DNA of 64,000 nucleotides from Trichoplax sp. H2 (Eukaryota): NCBI GenBank assembly GCA_003344405.1, contig NOWV01000196.1, positions 62,001 to 126,000 of the forward strand, read 5' to 3'. Shown piece by piece: positions 50,083 to 62,100 of this stretch (position 1 is its first letter; each line of letters starts with the position of its first letter). The notes under the pieces were generated by a model. It saw only the letters and a program-made list of their open reading frames with translations, ran no database searches and was not told where the DNA came from. The position numbers and the translations under genes were made by a program.

Positions 50083-53061
50083 TTAACTGTACAACTTTAT
50101 TAATTCATCACTGACGGCAGACGGCGTTAGAACGCCTAAATCAGTGAACAATAGAGTAAGAAAATGAGGTGGCGTATAATCTACCAACGGATGTTCAGAA
50201 GGAGAGGGATTAGGGGAAGTAGGATACTATTATAATAAAATACCAATCGTTTTTAATCTTAATCCATGGAAGAGCAGAGAAAAATTCAAATTTAGTTAAC
50301 TTACTTTCCACTCATTCGGCACATCGTGTTGATTTAAAGGATAAAGTCTGACGAATTTAAAGCTTTCAACAAGCACATAAAATGGTTTGTTGCAATGTTT
50401 TGCCATAACAGCCATTTGATATGTTCCAATCTATAACAGATAGAAATATATATTCTATAATATAACTTTAGCAATAACCAGTAGCGCTTAGATTGGAATA
50501 TGTATCCTAAATCCTTAAATTCAAATTATCGCACCTTATTGATGATACCACCGCTTTCGACAACCCCTTCAGCTCCAGCTAATACTAAATCTACTTTTTC
50601 CATGATATATCTAAGAATTGTAGATATAAACAGTCATGCTCAACTAAGACAAATACAAAGTAAAACTGATACCAACTTAGCAATACGAGTACATTCAATA
50701 CTTTTACTGTAGCTGAACATTACCCCACTGCTGCATCTAAGATGACAGTTGTTGGAATACCAAATTCCGTCAGACACTGTTGAAATTCGCAACTATAAAC
50801 AAAATTAAAACAAGTAAAATGGTCGCCATCAGTTGAAACATAGACATTAATCTTTCTAAAATAGCAGCATTACAATGAAAAGTAATAGCATCAAGATTTT
50901 GCTTTACCCTGTGCAATCAGGCCTTGATTCTGTAACGAAAACAGAGACTCGCTTCTTACTTGCAGCTACATCTTTCAGTAATTGTATAACCACACGAGAT
51001 CTAGCATGAACTAATATCGTCTGAAAGTTGAAAATTTTAACAAGAGTGATTTATGATATATTGAAGCGAGTAAAAGAATTTCCACTATTATGTCAAAGAC
51101 AAATATCTTCTTACCGCACCATCACTTATAAATGGAATGCATAATTTTGAAATTTTCATTCGAGACTGCGATACTTCTTTTAAGAATAGTTGACCTAAAT
51201 ACAATTATACATTCATAGTAGATTAGTGTATGTCTAAATAGTTCATATAGCATATTATCTAACTGAAAAGAATTGTGACAATTACCTCGGTTAACTAGCA
51301 CAATTCGGCATTGTTGAAAATCCTATCATAACATGTCGGATACTATTAGCGTGAGTTGTTGCGCGTGATGTCCTAAATTACCTTATATTCATTGTTCATT
51401 TGCCTAAGTTAATTACTTACAGGTTGATCTAGGGAGGTTAAGGTAATAAATCGCAAGAATAGCTCACAACCAGAGGCAACTGAAGTCACTGCTTTATCTG
51501 TCTTTGTTAGGCAATCTATAGTTCCATTGATTTTTTCGCGAAATTCGGATAAAGTTTCACCTACAGAAACAGCATTGATAATTACTTCAATAGACAGTTA
51601 CGATTATATATTGTATACGTTTTAGTAGGTACTTAATTCTTGTACAGCTATTTACGAGGGCATCGAACGTTTGTACAGTATAGTGGAAAAGAGATTAATA
51701 GGCGGTCATCCATACTCGTCTAATTCAAACGTATCGCACATCTATATGTTTCATTCTATTATATTGTTGATACATGTTGTACATTAACGTAGTTTTGATA
51801 TACACAAAGTAAAGCGCATTGCACTATACGAGTGACGATTTATAAAATTATGCAACTCATTCAAAAATATTCCAAGTCTTATTATACAGTATGTATAAGT
51901 TGACTAGACCTCGTAGAGTCACCTACATCCCTAGAAGGTATACTGAAAACAGTAAACAAATTTTACTTACATTTATCTTGTCTGATAAATTCAATCAAAG
52001 TTTCAATTGCAGCTATCGCGTTCGATTTCATAGGCTCCAATTCAAGTTTTTGCTTAAAATAATTCTTGCAGTCTATTAAAAGATACAATCATTCAATTTT
52101 ACTAATACTATCACTTTAGCTCGTTTGTTTAACAAATTGAGACATGGATATTATAATTAAGTAGTAATCTATCATCGATATGAAAGATGGCTACATATTT
52201 ATAAGCCACTGCTTGCAAGTCATGTAATGAGAAGATACAGTAGGTCTGTAGTTTGCTTGTAGTAGTAAAGTGAAATATCAATAGACAGCAGATTCATGCA
52301 CGTCCAAGTAATACGAGTTCACATGTGTGGATGAAGTGATATATTGTGAATAACATTAACCTATAATATTAGCTGATAACAAGCTAATTCTAGTATGGAG
52401 GTATACGGCAAACGTCATGATATCCTTTAATTTAATATACTCGCATATTAGCATTTTAACTGATAGCGTTAAGGTTAGGGTTGATAGCTCAATACTGTAC
52501 GACCTTTCTGCTAACTGTACTTGCATCCATGTGCCAATCTTACAATATTTCACAACAGTCAACATGAAGGAATAACTCTCCTACATTAGTTTACTGCAAT
52601 ACGATCATATTATACTCATCCAGCTATTCATAATGATCTCTTCCATATCAATTACTACTAACGTGCTATCACTACAGGAATCAACATCGATAACTAATTT
52701 AATACACGTATTATTCATGAAACAGGATCAACATTCACTGTTTCCATCCCGAAAAAGTACCAGCAAGCAATTTGCATTAAGGTTGGAGTTACAATAACTA
52801 GGTCAAATTTCGCTACAGCCAATAGGTCGATTCATATATCATACATCTCCACCATGTAAGTAACGCAATAACAGCAGAATATGATCATTTCTTCATATGC
52901 TGTAAAGACTAATGATGAATTCTTGTCCCTTGTAATCTAATCAGCATGATACCTTCATAACTATTTAAAGTCTGTGATAACGGTGTAAGATGATCCACCG
53001 AGTGATCTTGTACCGAGATTTTTTCATTACTTGCTTCCATCTGCTCCGAGACAGTCGCCAT
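50083..53061 (-). CDS. EIF2B1: Translation initiation factor eIF2B subunit alpha; about 10 exons
   Basis: CCACCATGG start. Exons give [82 protein letters not shown]...[20 protein letters not shown], and [33 protein letters not shown]. Confidence 0.96.
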
Positions 53062-53424
53062 GGTGGGCTATTAATGAAAGTCAATTGAGTTAAATGAGGT
53101 TATAAAGATTGGATTGCTACCCAATTACTATTGAGCCATCATGAAGACATTAACATAACCTGCTACCACTGTATCTGTCTATTCGTTACTGTTCCAATCT
53201 ATTTTACAGTGTACCAAAACAACACCTTGCGTAACATTTCCAACTAAATGAATGGCATGATAGCCAATCGATCACAGCTCTATCATCGATTTGCAAATAA
53301 ACATTGATAGACTTACATGCTGCCTGCAAACTACTACGATCGCTTCTATGGAGTGGAGATAAAATGTTAGCCGATAACTTCTGTCTGCCGGCGTTGGCCT
53401 GTGCTAATCCTACGCCGGTGCCGC

Positions 53425-54151
53425 TTACAGTACATGTACTGTATGCGTCACCAGTATACTGTAGTACTGTACTGTACTGTACAGTACTGTACTGTACTGT
53501 ACTGTAGGTCTTGATGGTCTGGTCCTGTACAGTGTACAGTACAGTAAAATGCAAATCTAAGTACTGTAGGGAAATACTGTAGTCTACTGTACCGTAACGG
53601 GCCGAAGCCTGGTGCAGCATGAATGCGCATGCTGATACAGCTACTGTACTGTTACTGGTAGTTTGAACACAACCCTAGTCTTACTAAGCCCAAGGTACTG
53701 TAAGTTACAGTAGGCTTCGTTCTCATCGGAGAAATGGGTGACAAGATCTCATTTAGTTCCAGGCTAAGATTGATTAATCGCATCGGACTGAACTTCAAGG
53801 CCTCTTTAACATATCTAAATGAGTAAGACTGCAGAGTACAAAACTCACAGGACTATGAATAAACATCCTTTCCACTTACTGTAGTATTGAATGATGGTGA
53901 CTCTATCAACCTGTATGGCTTCGCATGTCTGTCTGCAGTACGTCTGATAACCGAACTTTTCTCAGGTCGACTAGAGATGGCCAAGACTTCCATACACTAC
54001 CACAGACTTTACAAGACATATATGCGTTCTACCAGATTCCGCTCGCTACATGGTACTCAATATCAACGTCCATCTTGATCTAGTGTACAATGTACAGTAC
54101 TATACTTTACAGTGAACAGTACTGTGTTGTACTGTACGGTGTGCATTGTAC
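53425..54151. promoter_or_regulatory. Putative bidirectional promoter EIF2B1/GTF2H3 with (TACAG/CTGTA)n clusters (53425-53712, 54082-54151)
   Basis: Pentamer clusters between divergent ATGs at 53061 (-) and 54199 (+). Confidence 0.65.
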
Positions 54152-54198
54152 AGATAGGTTGCTGCAAACGGATTTGCCTCCAGATTGCAGAAGCCACC

Positions 54199-57100
54199 AT
54201 GGGCACAAGTAAGTAGACATGTAGCAATCCATTTTGCCATCTTATAGCCCATTCTGCATAAAAGTATCGAATACAATCATCTTAGCTGTTATACTGATGG
54301 ATGAATGTTGTCGTTCTATCTACTTTTTTCGCTGTATTGATTCTTTCATGTGGATTATTTTGCCTTGAAATGATACTGTTCCTAGCATGGTAACATGCTA
54401 GCGCTTTTCTCAATCTGCAACTAATGGAGCATTTGATTGATTATCGTATATGATAATGTTATTCCTTGGCAACACGCTGGATTATATCGAAAAGGAAGAA
54501 GCGGAGAGAATCTATTAATACTCGTGATCGATACAAATCCATTAGCATGGCTTCCTTTTGCTGCAGAGGTTCGATGAATTGTTATTGCTACTCTCGTACT
54601 TTATTCTCTACACTCGCTGCCTTGAACTCTACAAAGGAGCCAAGTGGATGAATGGCGGCGATCAGTAGACGATGCTCTATTCATACTTGAATGCTAAGTT
54701 TCAACTGTAATGTAGATTTAAATAAACAAATACTTAACCCAAGATTATTAGGTGAAATACTGTAACTGTGTTAATATTCATCTTTCTCCATTTCAATTCA
54801 TCCCCTCATGGATAACTTAGCAATAAGTAATAGCGAGCTAATGAGCATAACTATCGATGCATCATAGATTGCAACCGTGGAATGGTGCCTGTAATATGGT
54901 AATAATTGTCATTATACTATTACTTATCCCTTATGTACCCCCTTTTACATAGATGGATTTTACAAGGTATATCGAAAATATAGTAGTCTATATCAACTCT
55001 CATTTAATGATGGACCATCGAAATAGCATCGCTGTCATTGCAAGTCATGTCAACAAAAGGTAAGCAACAATCAGTCTCCATCGATTAAAAGATGGTAATT
55101 GATAGATTAAAACTCTTTGAAATATTTCCTGGATGTAATCAAGACAAAAAATAGACGGTAGCCACATTTGACAATTATGCATATGCAAATGGACGGTAAA
55201 TTCGTAGTTTTGAGTAGAGATACAACAATCATGAAATGACACGTTTCATTACTATTTATTATACAAGAATGCGAAATAATATTGTTGCAAATCAGAATAG
55301 AGTAAAACGTAATACGCCTTTTTCAGATAATGCTACATGATGAAAGGTTCCATTTCTATTATAATTATTGAAATTGGAATCCGTTGCTACTTAACAGCAG
55401 TCCGAGAGGTTTACCGAAACTTTCAATGTCTATTTTTATAGTTGCTACTTGTATTCGCCACACATGGATAATTGGATTAAAAATACCAACTCTAATAGTA
55501 CAGTAAATATAGCAAAAGATGGCAGACATGAAGAATTAAGTCATATCAACTACATCATCGAAACTAGAGTGAAAGAGCTTGTCCAAGAAATGGCCACAGC
55601 AGGTAAGAGTTTTATACTGAACCTGCCGTAAACTAGTGTCAATATTATGTAGCTATGGTTTATTTGTTGTATTAGAGGCAGCTAAGGATACTCTATCCGT
55701 AAAATAACTTTGTAACGGATCTACGTTATTCGAAGATTTTGCTAGGATAAATTCTGTTTTGAAAAATTGCGATTAAAATTATGATTTTAATGAGCTTTGG
55801 TCTGCACTGAAGTACAAGTAGTTCATGATATACAATACAATTAATGGTTAACGAGAAAGAAATTTCGCCAGCTGCTTATTTCATTGATATATTGTTGATA
55901 ATTGCAAGTGTAGTAATATATACGTTTGTACTTCGATTTAGGAGAGAACCAATGTACTATCAAATTATCCTCCGCTCTAAATATGGCACTATGCTGTAAA
56001 TAGATTCTACTAACAAAACTCTCGACGAAACTTGCATCATTTTGACTGCTCTTGCAATTCTATTATACTGTGCCATGCATAAATTTACTACTAAATGATT
56101 CGTGTAATTCATTTCTAACTTCTGAGATGCTTATCGAACTTTAAAGCCTAAATTCTTTCTTTTTATAGACATTCATAATCACGTCGATCAAGATCTTAGT
56201 AAGTATTATCGCAGAAAAAAAAGATATGCGTATAACTGTCGTTCATGGTGTCATATTTCAAAGTCAAAGTAGGCTACAATGCAAGTAAAGAATCATTTTT
56301 ATTACAATGCAGGGAACAAAGGTCAAGCGAAATCTAGAATTTTAGTTATAAAATGCACCCCTGACACATCGTTTCAATATTTACCTATCATGAACTGCAT
56401 ATTTACAGCTCAAAAATACGTTAGTATGCGTTTGTTTATGAGTTATATTACGAGCAATGTTATTTCCAGCAGTCGTTATTAACTTTAACTTGTATTTCAC
56501 GTACAACGAAAAAATGCTCTTCAAATTCTTACCATCACCGTTATTCTAGAATGTTCCTATCGATGCATGTGTTATAGAGAAAGATTCAGGATTCCTGCAG
56601 CAGGTTTTAAATTATTTCAATATCATGCTTCTTTGTAAAATCTGAACTGTATCTGAATATCTAATATCTTCCACTATCAAATACAAATATGATAGGCATG
56701 CGATATAACTGGTGGAATTTACCTGAAATTACAATCACCGTCTGGTTTACTTCAGTACCTTCTGGTATGTAGAATGAACGTGTTCTTCGCAGGATATCAT
56801 AATGTATTGGTCTCGTGAGCTCTATGATCTGAAGAATGTACACTCCTTAATAAGCTTGATTCAATCTTTTAGACTGCATTCTTACCAAATCAATCGATGC
56901 GAGAAACCCTAATATTACCTCCAAAGGCTAAAGTAGACTATCGTGCTGCGTGCTTTTGTCATAGAGAATTGATTGAAATTGGATATATTTGTTCAGTCTG
57001 TCTATCTAGTAAGAATTTAATATCAGTAGAAAGATATTAATGCCTAGCAAGACTTGAATGTATAATATATTGTATATCCTTCTTTTCACCAACAGTTTCT

Positions 57101-57250
57101 TGCAAGTTTGTACCTGTTTGCCCTACTTGCCAGTAAGTTCACAATAATAATATATACTACAAATTGAACTTGCTTTAAAAATAAACAAAAAATTATTTTT
57201 ATAGGACACATTTTACCTTACGCATAGCTAAGAAGAAAAAGAAAGCGTAA
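54199..57250 (+). CDS. GTF2H3: General transcription factor IIH subunit 3 (p34/Tfb4); multi-exon
   Basis: GCCACCATGG start. Exons give [49 protein letters not shown]...[21 protein letters not shown]...[17 protein letters not shown], and [25 protein letters not shown]...[10 protein letters not shown], ending KKKKKA*. Confidence 0.95.
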
Positions 57251-58760
57251 TAACGCGGTTACTGGACACCTTGTAAAGTAGCTTGTAAATAATCTAACGA
57301 CAAGTAACGCTTATGATGTAACTACAGAAAGAACCCTTATCATTTACCTAATTTATACATGTCGAACTTGAAATCTGTTATCTAGTAAAGAGTTTCTGAT
57401 ACTATTTGTTACATGAAGCCATGTTTTGTATGATACATTTACTATTGTAATAAATAACATAATATCTACCTTACTCTAACGAGACAGTATCCGAATCTAT
57501 AGCTATATTTCTGCTAAACAAACGTAAACAACTCTACCTTGAAACATCTTATCCGCACAGATTTTCTAGTAACATGGGTTACAAAACTATCATTTCTTTG
57601 ACTTCCGAGAAATGATAGCGATAGTAAATCGAATAAAATTGTTCACGTTAATTTAAATTATCGAGTAAGGATCTCTGACTTCGATATTAAATCTATATAT
57701 CGATACAGAATATACGCGCATATACTGGTATATCATATTCGCACGTGCTTCTTAACAATTTCTTGCCAATAATGAGTGTCAAAGTTGGTATTATTCTACT
57801 TTCATGCACGTGAAGTATAAACAAACATCTTTTTCACTACTACTTGACATTTATAAAACTATTAGTTATGAAGAACTGATAAATTTTTAATAAATTCAGA
57901 TCTGAATTTAATCTCCTTACATTTGATTATTTCATATTAAGGATTTGTGTGTACAGTAAATACCGTTGCCGATCATTAAACACTACTAAAAGGCTAGGCA
58001 TTATATGTAAGTATCATAACAATAGTCTCTCCCTCTTATAAGAATTATGGCAATCCAATAGGACATAGCATCTACGAACATAAAAATGAGCTAAAGCCGA
58101 AATTGTAGACTCTAAACGGTCTAGATATTAAATTTTTCGGGATAGTATTAGTATCGCATGCGCTATGCATTTAAAAGAGAGTAGCGTCGAAAACGATGCC
58201 AGCCGAAAATGTTTATTGAAACTTGCTTATGAATTTAGAGAGTATGTTAAATTTTTTAAATGAAACTTCATCAAGTGAGTGCCTTTATATTAAACAAAAC
58301 TGACCTGAGTCGCTATCGCAAGCTATACAATCTAAAGATTAAGCTTCGTATGAAACTATTTCACATCACTCAGTTGAAAGATAGAAAGGTTTGAAATTGA
58401 TGCCGGTACAGGATATGATTTATTGAAACTTGTTTATCAAATTCAAGACAATATTACGCATGGAATGACATTTCAATTACTAAGACACATTGGTTATTCA
58501 TTTTTTAATCGATAGCTTAGAATCTAAACTATCAACTGATAAAGAACTTTATCATTCTTCTATTCTACTTTCTCTATTATTTTGTTTAGATTTGCTTTTC
58601 AACTAATCATAATTTCATATCATCATATTGGAAAAGATAATTCAATAAACAATCTATTTATTAATGATGTTATAAATAAATTTGATCTAAATCGGAAAAT
58701 GTTATTTTTTCTAGATAGATTGATCAGCATATTAACATCAAATTACCATTAATAGACTGA

Positions 58761-59039
58761 CTAGCAATGGATTTGCTCATAAAAACAGACGCCAGAGTTA
58801 TTTTCAGTTGGTAAGGCACAAATTGCAGGAACAGTATAGCATTCATAGCCCGTACAACAGTCCAAATGTGATTGACAAGATAATGGATTAATACAACGCT
58901 GTTCTTTATTTTCAATTAGGGATCGAAACCAATCATTTAGTAGTACTCTGTCGGTCCTCTTGCTGTTGCCAGGCATAGCCAAGACTGATGATGTCAGTGT
59001 AAGGATACAAATCATCAAAATTAGTGATTGGATTTTCAT
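58761..59039 (-). CDS. Secreted cysteine-rich prepropeptide (knottin/ICK-like, 8 Cys), single exon, 92 aa
   Basis: Signal peptide MKIQSLILMICILTLTSSVLA, pro-region with KR ending EQR, then a 44-aa mature region C-x5-C-x5-CC-x4-C-x6-C-x10-C-x6-C. AAGATGA start context, upstream TATA and downstream AATAAA. Confidence 0.8.
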   Translation of the reverse strand: MKIQSLILMICILTLTSSVLAMPGNSKRTDRVLLNDWFRSLIENKEQRCINPLSCQSHLDCCTGYECYTVPAICALPTENNSGVCFYEQIHC

Positions 59040-59130
59040 CTTGCAGTTATAGGCACCAAGGTAATAGTAGATTGAGAGTTTCCAAAAGATTAAGATTCCC
59101 TAATATCAACAGTCCAACCAGATCTGATGA

Positions 59131-59138
59131 TATTTATA
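59131..59138 (-). promoter_or_regulatory. Putative TATA box (TATAAATA) of the cysteine-rich peptide gene
   Basis: Minus strand reads GGTATAAATATC about 92 nt upstream of the ATG. The AT-rich background lowers specificity. Confidence 0.45.
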
Positions 59139-62100
59139 CCTTCTTCGTACATGCTTTGTTGATACAGCAATGCCACAAGGCGTTGCAGCAGTTCGCATGT
59201 TGACAATTGGAATGCATTATTTTCAGAATCAAGGAATCAATTCTTTTTATGGAATTGCCATTGTACAGTAAATACCTATAAAATTGCGTTGAATCATTTC
59301 TATTTTCAATCTGTTATAAAATAATAGCAATATTATATAACCAAGACAAAAAATTAGCCATGCTATTAATAAGTGCTTTAGTGGCTGGATCATCAATAAT
59401 GAATATCTATCATATGTTTAATTTTAATTATTGCCTCATTTTAGTTCATCAAACGTGTTTTAGATCATCGTTGAGAGCGATTGTATGATCAGCAGATTAA
59501 AGCGAATCATAATGCTTGAAATGAATCGATCTCAGCTATAAAATAAATGGTGTAAAATAAATTTTTGGTTTACTACGCAGTAAACTAGCTACACCAATAA
59601 TTGCTATATCTCCACAGCTTTGGTGTACATTTGAATAATTGATTGACACAGATATATGCACGCACACGAATTAAAATAGTTTATGCCCAAATAAGTTCGA
59701 CATAATAATGTTATAATTTATTGCACTTTAGAATGAATTATTGTAATGTGTAACAATATAAACAAGTTGCCTTTGCTACATTACAGTATTCTTAGCAACC
59801 GCATTATCTTCCATTATAATATTCGATATCCATAGGTATGTGTTATGTAAGACTGCATGTATTTGTAGATTTATTGATTTAACGATAACAATATCTCTGT
59901 CCATCTAGCTACCTAATAAATTTACTGACGTCAATAGCACAAAGGTAGATAAAGGTGAAGAGATTAAATAAAAGCGATCGTGCATAATTAATTAATGATA
60001 TTTCTTCAGAATGATGTCAAATTACTAGCGTTAATCTCTACCCGAATGATAGACGAACTAGGCTGCAATCGATAAGGTCGATCACTTTATAGACTTAAGG
60101 CTCGATAAATTGTCTCACCCACGCCTTTCAATTCTAATCTCATTTTAAATTTATAGACATTATTAAGACAAAACAAGTAAAATTTCATTTCGTCAATGAA
60201 ATGATAACCATGTTTTGTACAAGAGAATTGTTTGCCTGCTAGAAGATAGGATGAATAATCCATCTTCTATAACGAGAAAGTAGGAAATATAAAGTAATTT
60301 TCGCAACTATCACCCTTTACTATGATCTATCTATCTAGAAGAATTTAAATTAGTATAAATAAAGAAGCAAATTATTTGATACATTAATTATCCATAATCC
60401 AATTGTACATTAGTGCGGTCACTGATACAATATCGTTAATGATTAGATAGATAGACAACTTTACCGAAAGTAAAACCTATACTGTTACAATCTGCTCGCA
60501 TGATTAGGTATTGAAATAATTATGTATAATCCAATATAGAGGGTTGTCAAGGAAAAATATTCGCGTATAATATCTAGCAATGATATTCTATTTCGAGAAA
60601 AATGAGAAGGAGAATTAGAAAATAGGTAAAAATTGTTAGTCTCTATAAAAAATTGTTCTTTCGTAACTGCACAGCCTCTACGACAAATGCTTATACGTAG
60701 AACGGAGAGTATGTTTCTATATATAAATTCCTAGACTGACGTCCAGGAAGCAATTTAATTTTCTGGTAAACAATACAATATCTCATTCTTGCTTTTAGAT
60801 TTAATAAAACACACTGCAAATCTAAGGTCATCAAGTCTATATCGCGACAAACTCACCAAAATATTCACAATAACAAACTTAAAACTATAAATTGACAATT
60901 CAGACATATCTTGAAGATGGATAGGATTGTCAATAATCATTTTGGCTTTAATATAGAAAATGAAATCGAAGTCTATAACCCGAATTCGGTATAAAAGCGT
61001 ATAGAAGTTTCAATAAATTAATTGAATCATCCTCTGCCAATACTTTCATTATTCTATGCTTCTATAAACAATAAATCTTTCATGAAATTATACCAGCGCA
61101 GCATGCATTATAATCATTAAAAGTAACATTTCCCCAGGTAGTCTTTCCTATGATATCACAGTCTAGTCATTTCGAGCTGTCATAGCTGATTTTAAAAGTC
61201 TAATACATTCTAGCGGATTGCATAATATTTCTAATGGCCGTCTATTTACTTCAAACCGATAAATTGGTGCTAACAGATCGTGCTTTTTAATTAAGGCTGT
61301 GACATCATAAACAGCTTGACATAAAATCTGTTGCCGATAGTTCTAATTTACTAACTTTTGCTTATGATTACCAGCCTTTATTTCATGCTGTTACGTCATA
61401 GCAGCTTAATAGTTTTGTCTGAGTAATTATTTTAGCTTGCCTAAATAATCATGCTTATGATATAACCATTATTCTACATTATCATTCATCTTACATCTTT
61501 GATTAGATGTTCATATAAGGTATTCTTGATATTAAAAATTCAATACCAAAATGAAAAAACAATGGAATCATCAACGAATACATAATAAGCTGATGTATTC
61601 GACAAAGTAATAGTTAATAGAATTATCAGTATACCGTATGTTGGATATAATCATCGAAGTCTAATGCATTCCTTTTGATACATCTTTACCTACTCATTGA
61701 TACACTTAAATTAATTCTATGGTTAACCATTATTTATAACGCCATACTGAAGATTATTACCTATGCTGATAAAAGACTTTTTTAATATACTATTGTTGTA
61801 TGCAACTGCACTTAATTAAATTCTAAGATTATCGATAATCCAAGAAACCAGTGCTAAAGAGAATTATTACCTATCTTGATTGAAGTACATTCCCGAAAAA
61901 ATAATTTTTATAATACCCATTCTCGAATAGAAAGCCTCCTACATCCATTTTTACATTCTTGTAATTGTTCTATCTTAATTGTGGGATTAATCTTAATCTA
62001 TCAATGCTAGAGAAACCGTTTATTACTCAAGAAAAGAGTGCTGAAACACGGAATATTAAAATGGCTGACGATAATTTTAAGTACCCATATAGACTAAATC

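Noticed and set aside
59001..59008. Perfect U12 donor-like GTATCCTT on the minus strand
   Set aside because: Lies within the signal-peptide coding sequence of an uninterrupted ORF with no matching branch or acceptor; probably coincidental.
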